A DNA stretch of 26,989 nt from Pseudomonadales bacterium (lineage in GTDB: Bacteria; Pseudomonadota; Gammaproteobacteria; Pseudomonadales; Azotimanducaceae). The stretch is taken from the NCBI GenBank assembly GCA_050486425.1, contig JBJHDG010000001.1:1-26989 (forward strand), read 5' to 3'. Positions 26,110-26,989 of this stretch are shown here, piece by piece. Numbering within the stretch: the first letter of the stretch is position 1; each line of letters begins with the position of its first letter. Under the pieces are notes generated by a model. The model was given only the letters and a program-made list of their open reading frames with translations, did no database searches and was not told where the DNA came from. Position numbers and translations under genes: made by a program.

Positions 26110-26912
26110 ACCTGCTCTGGGACCCATTGTTCCGCATCCCCCTGGCCACCGGCCTGATGTTGGCACTGCTACTGCCGCTACTGGGCGCCGGGCTGCGCCT
26201 GCGTCAGCAATGGCTGGCGGGACTGGGGCTGACGCAAATGGCGGCTGCTGGCGCCGTCTTGGCCGCGCTGCTGCATCTGCCCTTGCTGCTGGGTGGCGGC
26301 CTGACCGCGTTGGCGGCCGCAGCACTGCGGGTGCTCAGCGGCGAACCCCGCAACGAACACTACGCACTGATGCTGCTGGTGGGCTGGGCGGGCGTGCTGC
26401 TGTTGGCAATGCAGGGTCATCATGCGGATGCCCTGGTGGATACAGTGCTGAATGGACAACTGTATTTTACCGACAGCGCCCAACTGATGGGCGCCAGCCT
26501 GGTAACGCTGACAGTGCTGGCGGCTGGCACCTGGCTCAGCCGTCGCCTGCTGCTGTCACGACTTTTCCCTGCGCATTTTCAGGCCAATCAGCAGTCGGTT
26601 TGGCCCCACGAATTCACCTTCGACCTGCTGCTGGTGGCCGGGTTGGTGCTGGCCGTAACCAGCATGGGTGTGATGGCCAGTTTCGCGCTGCTGTTCGTCC
26701 CGCCCTGGGTGGCGTTCCGCCTGGCCCGGGGGCTACGCATGACGCTTTGGCTCTGCGTGGGGCTGGGTAGCGCTGCCTATCTGGCAAGCTTCGCGATCGC
26801 CTTGTGGTTGGATTTGCCCTTTGGCCCGGTGCTGGTTGCCGCCTGCTGTGCGCTGGCGCCACTGCGCTGGTTGGGTCGTATTGGATGGATTGGTCGGGAC
26901 GGCAGGATTTGA
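26106..26912 (+). CDS. Metal ABC transporter permease (ZnuB-like)
   Basis: Multiple hydrophobic helices, GLTQMAAAG, LNGQLYF, GVMASFALLFVP. GTGA overlap with the ATPase gene. The last codons fall inside the tRNA remnant. Confidence 0.85.
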   Translation: MNLLWDPLFRIPLATGLMLALLLPLLGAGLRLRQQWLAGLGLTQMAAAGAVLAALLHLPLLLGGGLTALAAAALRVLSGEPRNEHYALMLLVGWAGVLLLAMQGHHADALVDTVLNGQLYFTDSAQLMGASLVTLTVLAAGTWLSRRLLLSRLFPAHFQANQQSVWPHEFTFDLLLVAGLVLAVTSMGVMASFALLFVPPWVAFRLARGLRMTLWLCVGLGSAAYLASFAIALWLDLPFGPVLVAACCALAPLRWLGRIGWIGRDGRI

Positions 26913-26940
26913 ACCTGCGACCACCACACCCCCAGTGTGG
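26891..26940 (-). pseudogene. 3' fragment (50 bp) of tRNA-Pro(GGG)
   Basis: Minus strand reads CCACA-CTGGGGG-TGTGG (anticodon arm, GGG), TGGTC, GCAGG-TTCAAAT-CCTGC (T arm), CGTCCCG-A-CCA. The D arm and 5' acceptor strand are absent. Confidence 0.85.
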
Positions 26941-26989
26941 GATACCAAGTTAAACACCTATATAAATCAAAATGTTACGCCATTCTGGA
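26891..26989. mobile_element. Probable att end of a tRNA-Pro-integrated element extending to the right of the window
   Basis: Truncated tRNA 3' copy followed abruptly by AT-rich DNA (16 of 49 bases G+C at 26941-26989). No integrase is visible in the window. Confidence 0.65.

Noticed and set aside
26891-26967. Complete functional tRNA-Pro gene
   Set aside because: No D arm or 5' acceptor strand (CGGGACG) can be formed from 26941 onward.
26960-26978. AAATGTTAC as another Zur half-site
   Set aside because: The right half does not match, and it lies in the AT-rich att flank where such words occur by chance.
1-26989. CRISPR arrays, IS elements, rRNA, riboswitches, defence systems
   Set aside because: I saw no regularly spaced repeats, transposase or nuclease motifs, or long unexplained intergenic regions. 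A covariance-model search was not possible, so small RNAs cannot be excluded.

Overview
This is a gene-dense, GC-rich bacterial chromosomal window, probably from a gammaproteobacterium (inferred from glrK/qseG/glrR, yeiP/efpL and zrg-type genes). Left to right it holds: (1) a 5'-truncated GlrK-QseG-GlrR two-component cluster whose activator reads GAFAGA instead of GAFTGA; (2) a convergent large-type malic enzyme; (3) a tightly packed lipid-related run of FadE-like acyl-CoA dehydrogenase, acetyl-CoA hydrolase/CoA-transferase, a cardiolipin-synthase-like PLD with a non-canonical first HKD motif, and a 741-aa putative lipoprotein hydrolase (DUF6351-like); (4) tex and yeiP/efpL; (5) an O-methyltransferase and carboxylesterase divergent from a MarR regulator and nitroreductase; (6) a one-cysteine, probably zinc-free DksA beside an ~7.5 kb putative zinc-starvation island. 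That island has a split, convergent zrgA / zrgBCD-like locus, three Zur-box-like palindromes, and an outer-membrane barrel plus ZnuABC-like operon. (7) At the right edge is the 3' 50 bp of a tRNA-Pro(GGG) followed by AT-rich DNA, which looks like the att end of an integrated element lying beyond the window. No CRISPR array, IS element or rRNA was seen. Family assignments come from motif recognition by eye; no database searches were run.
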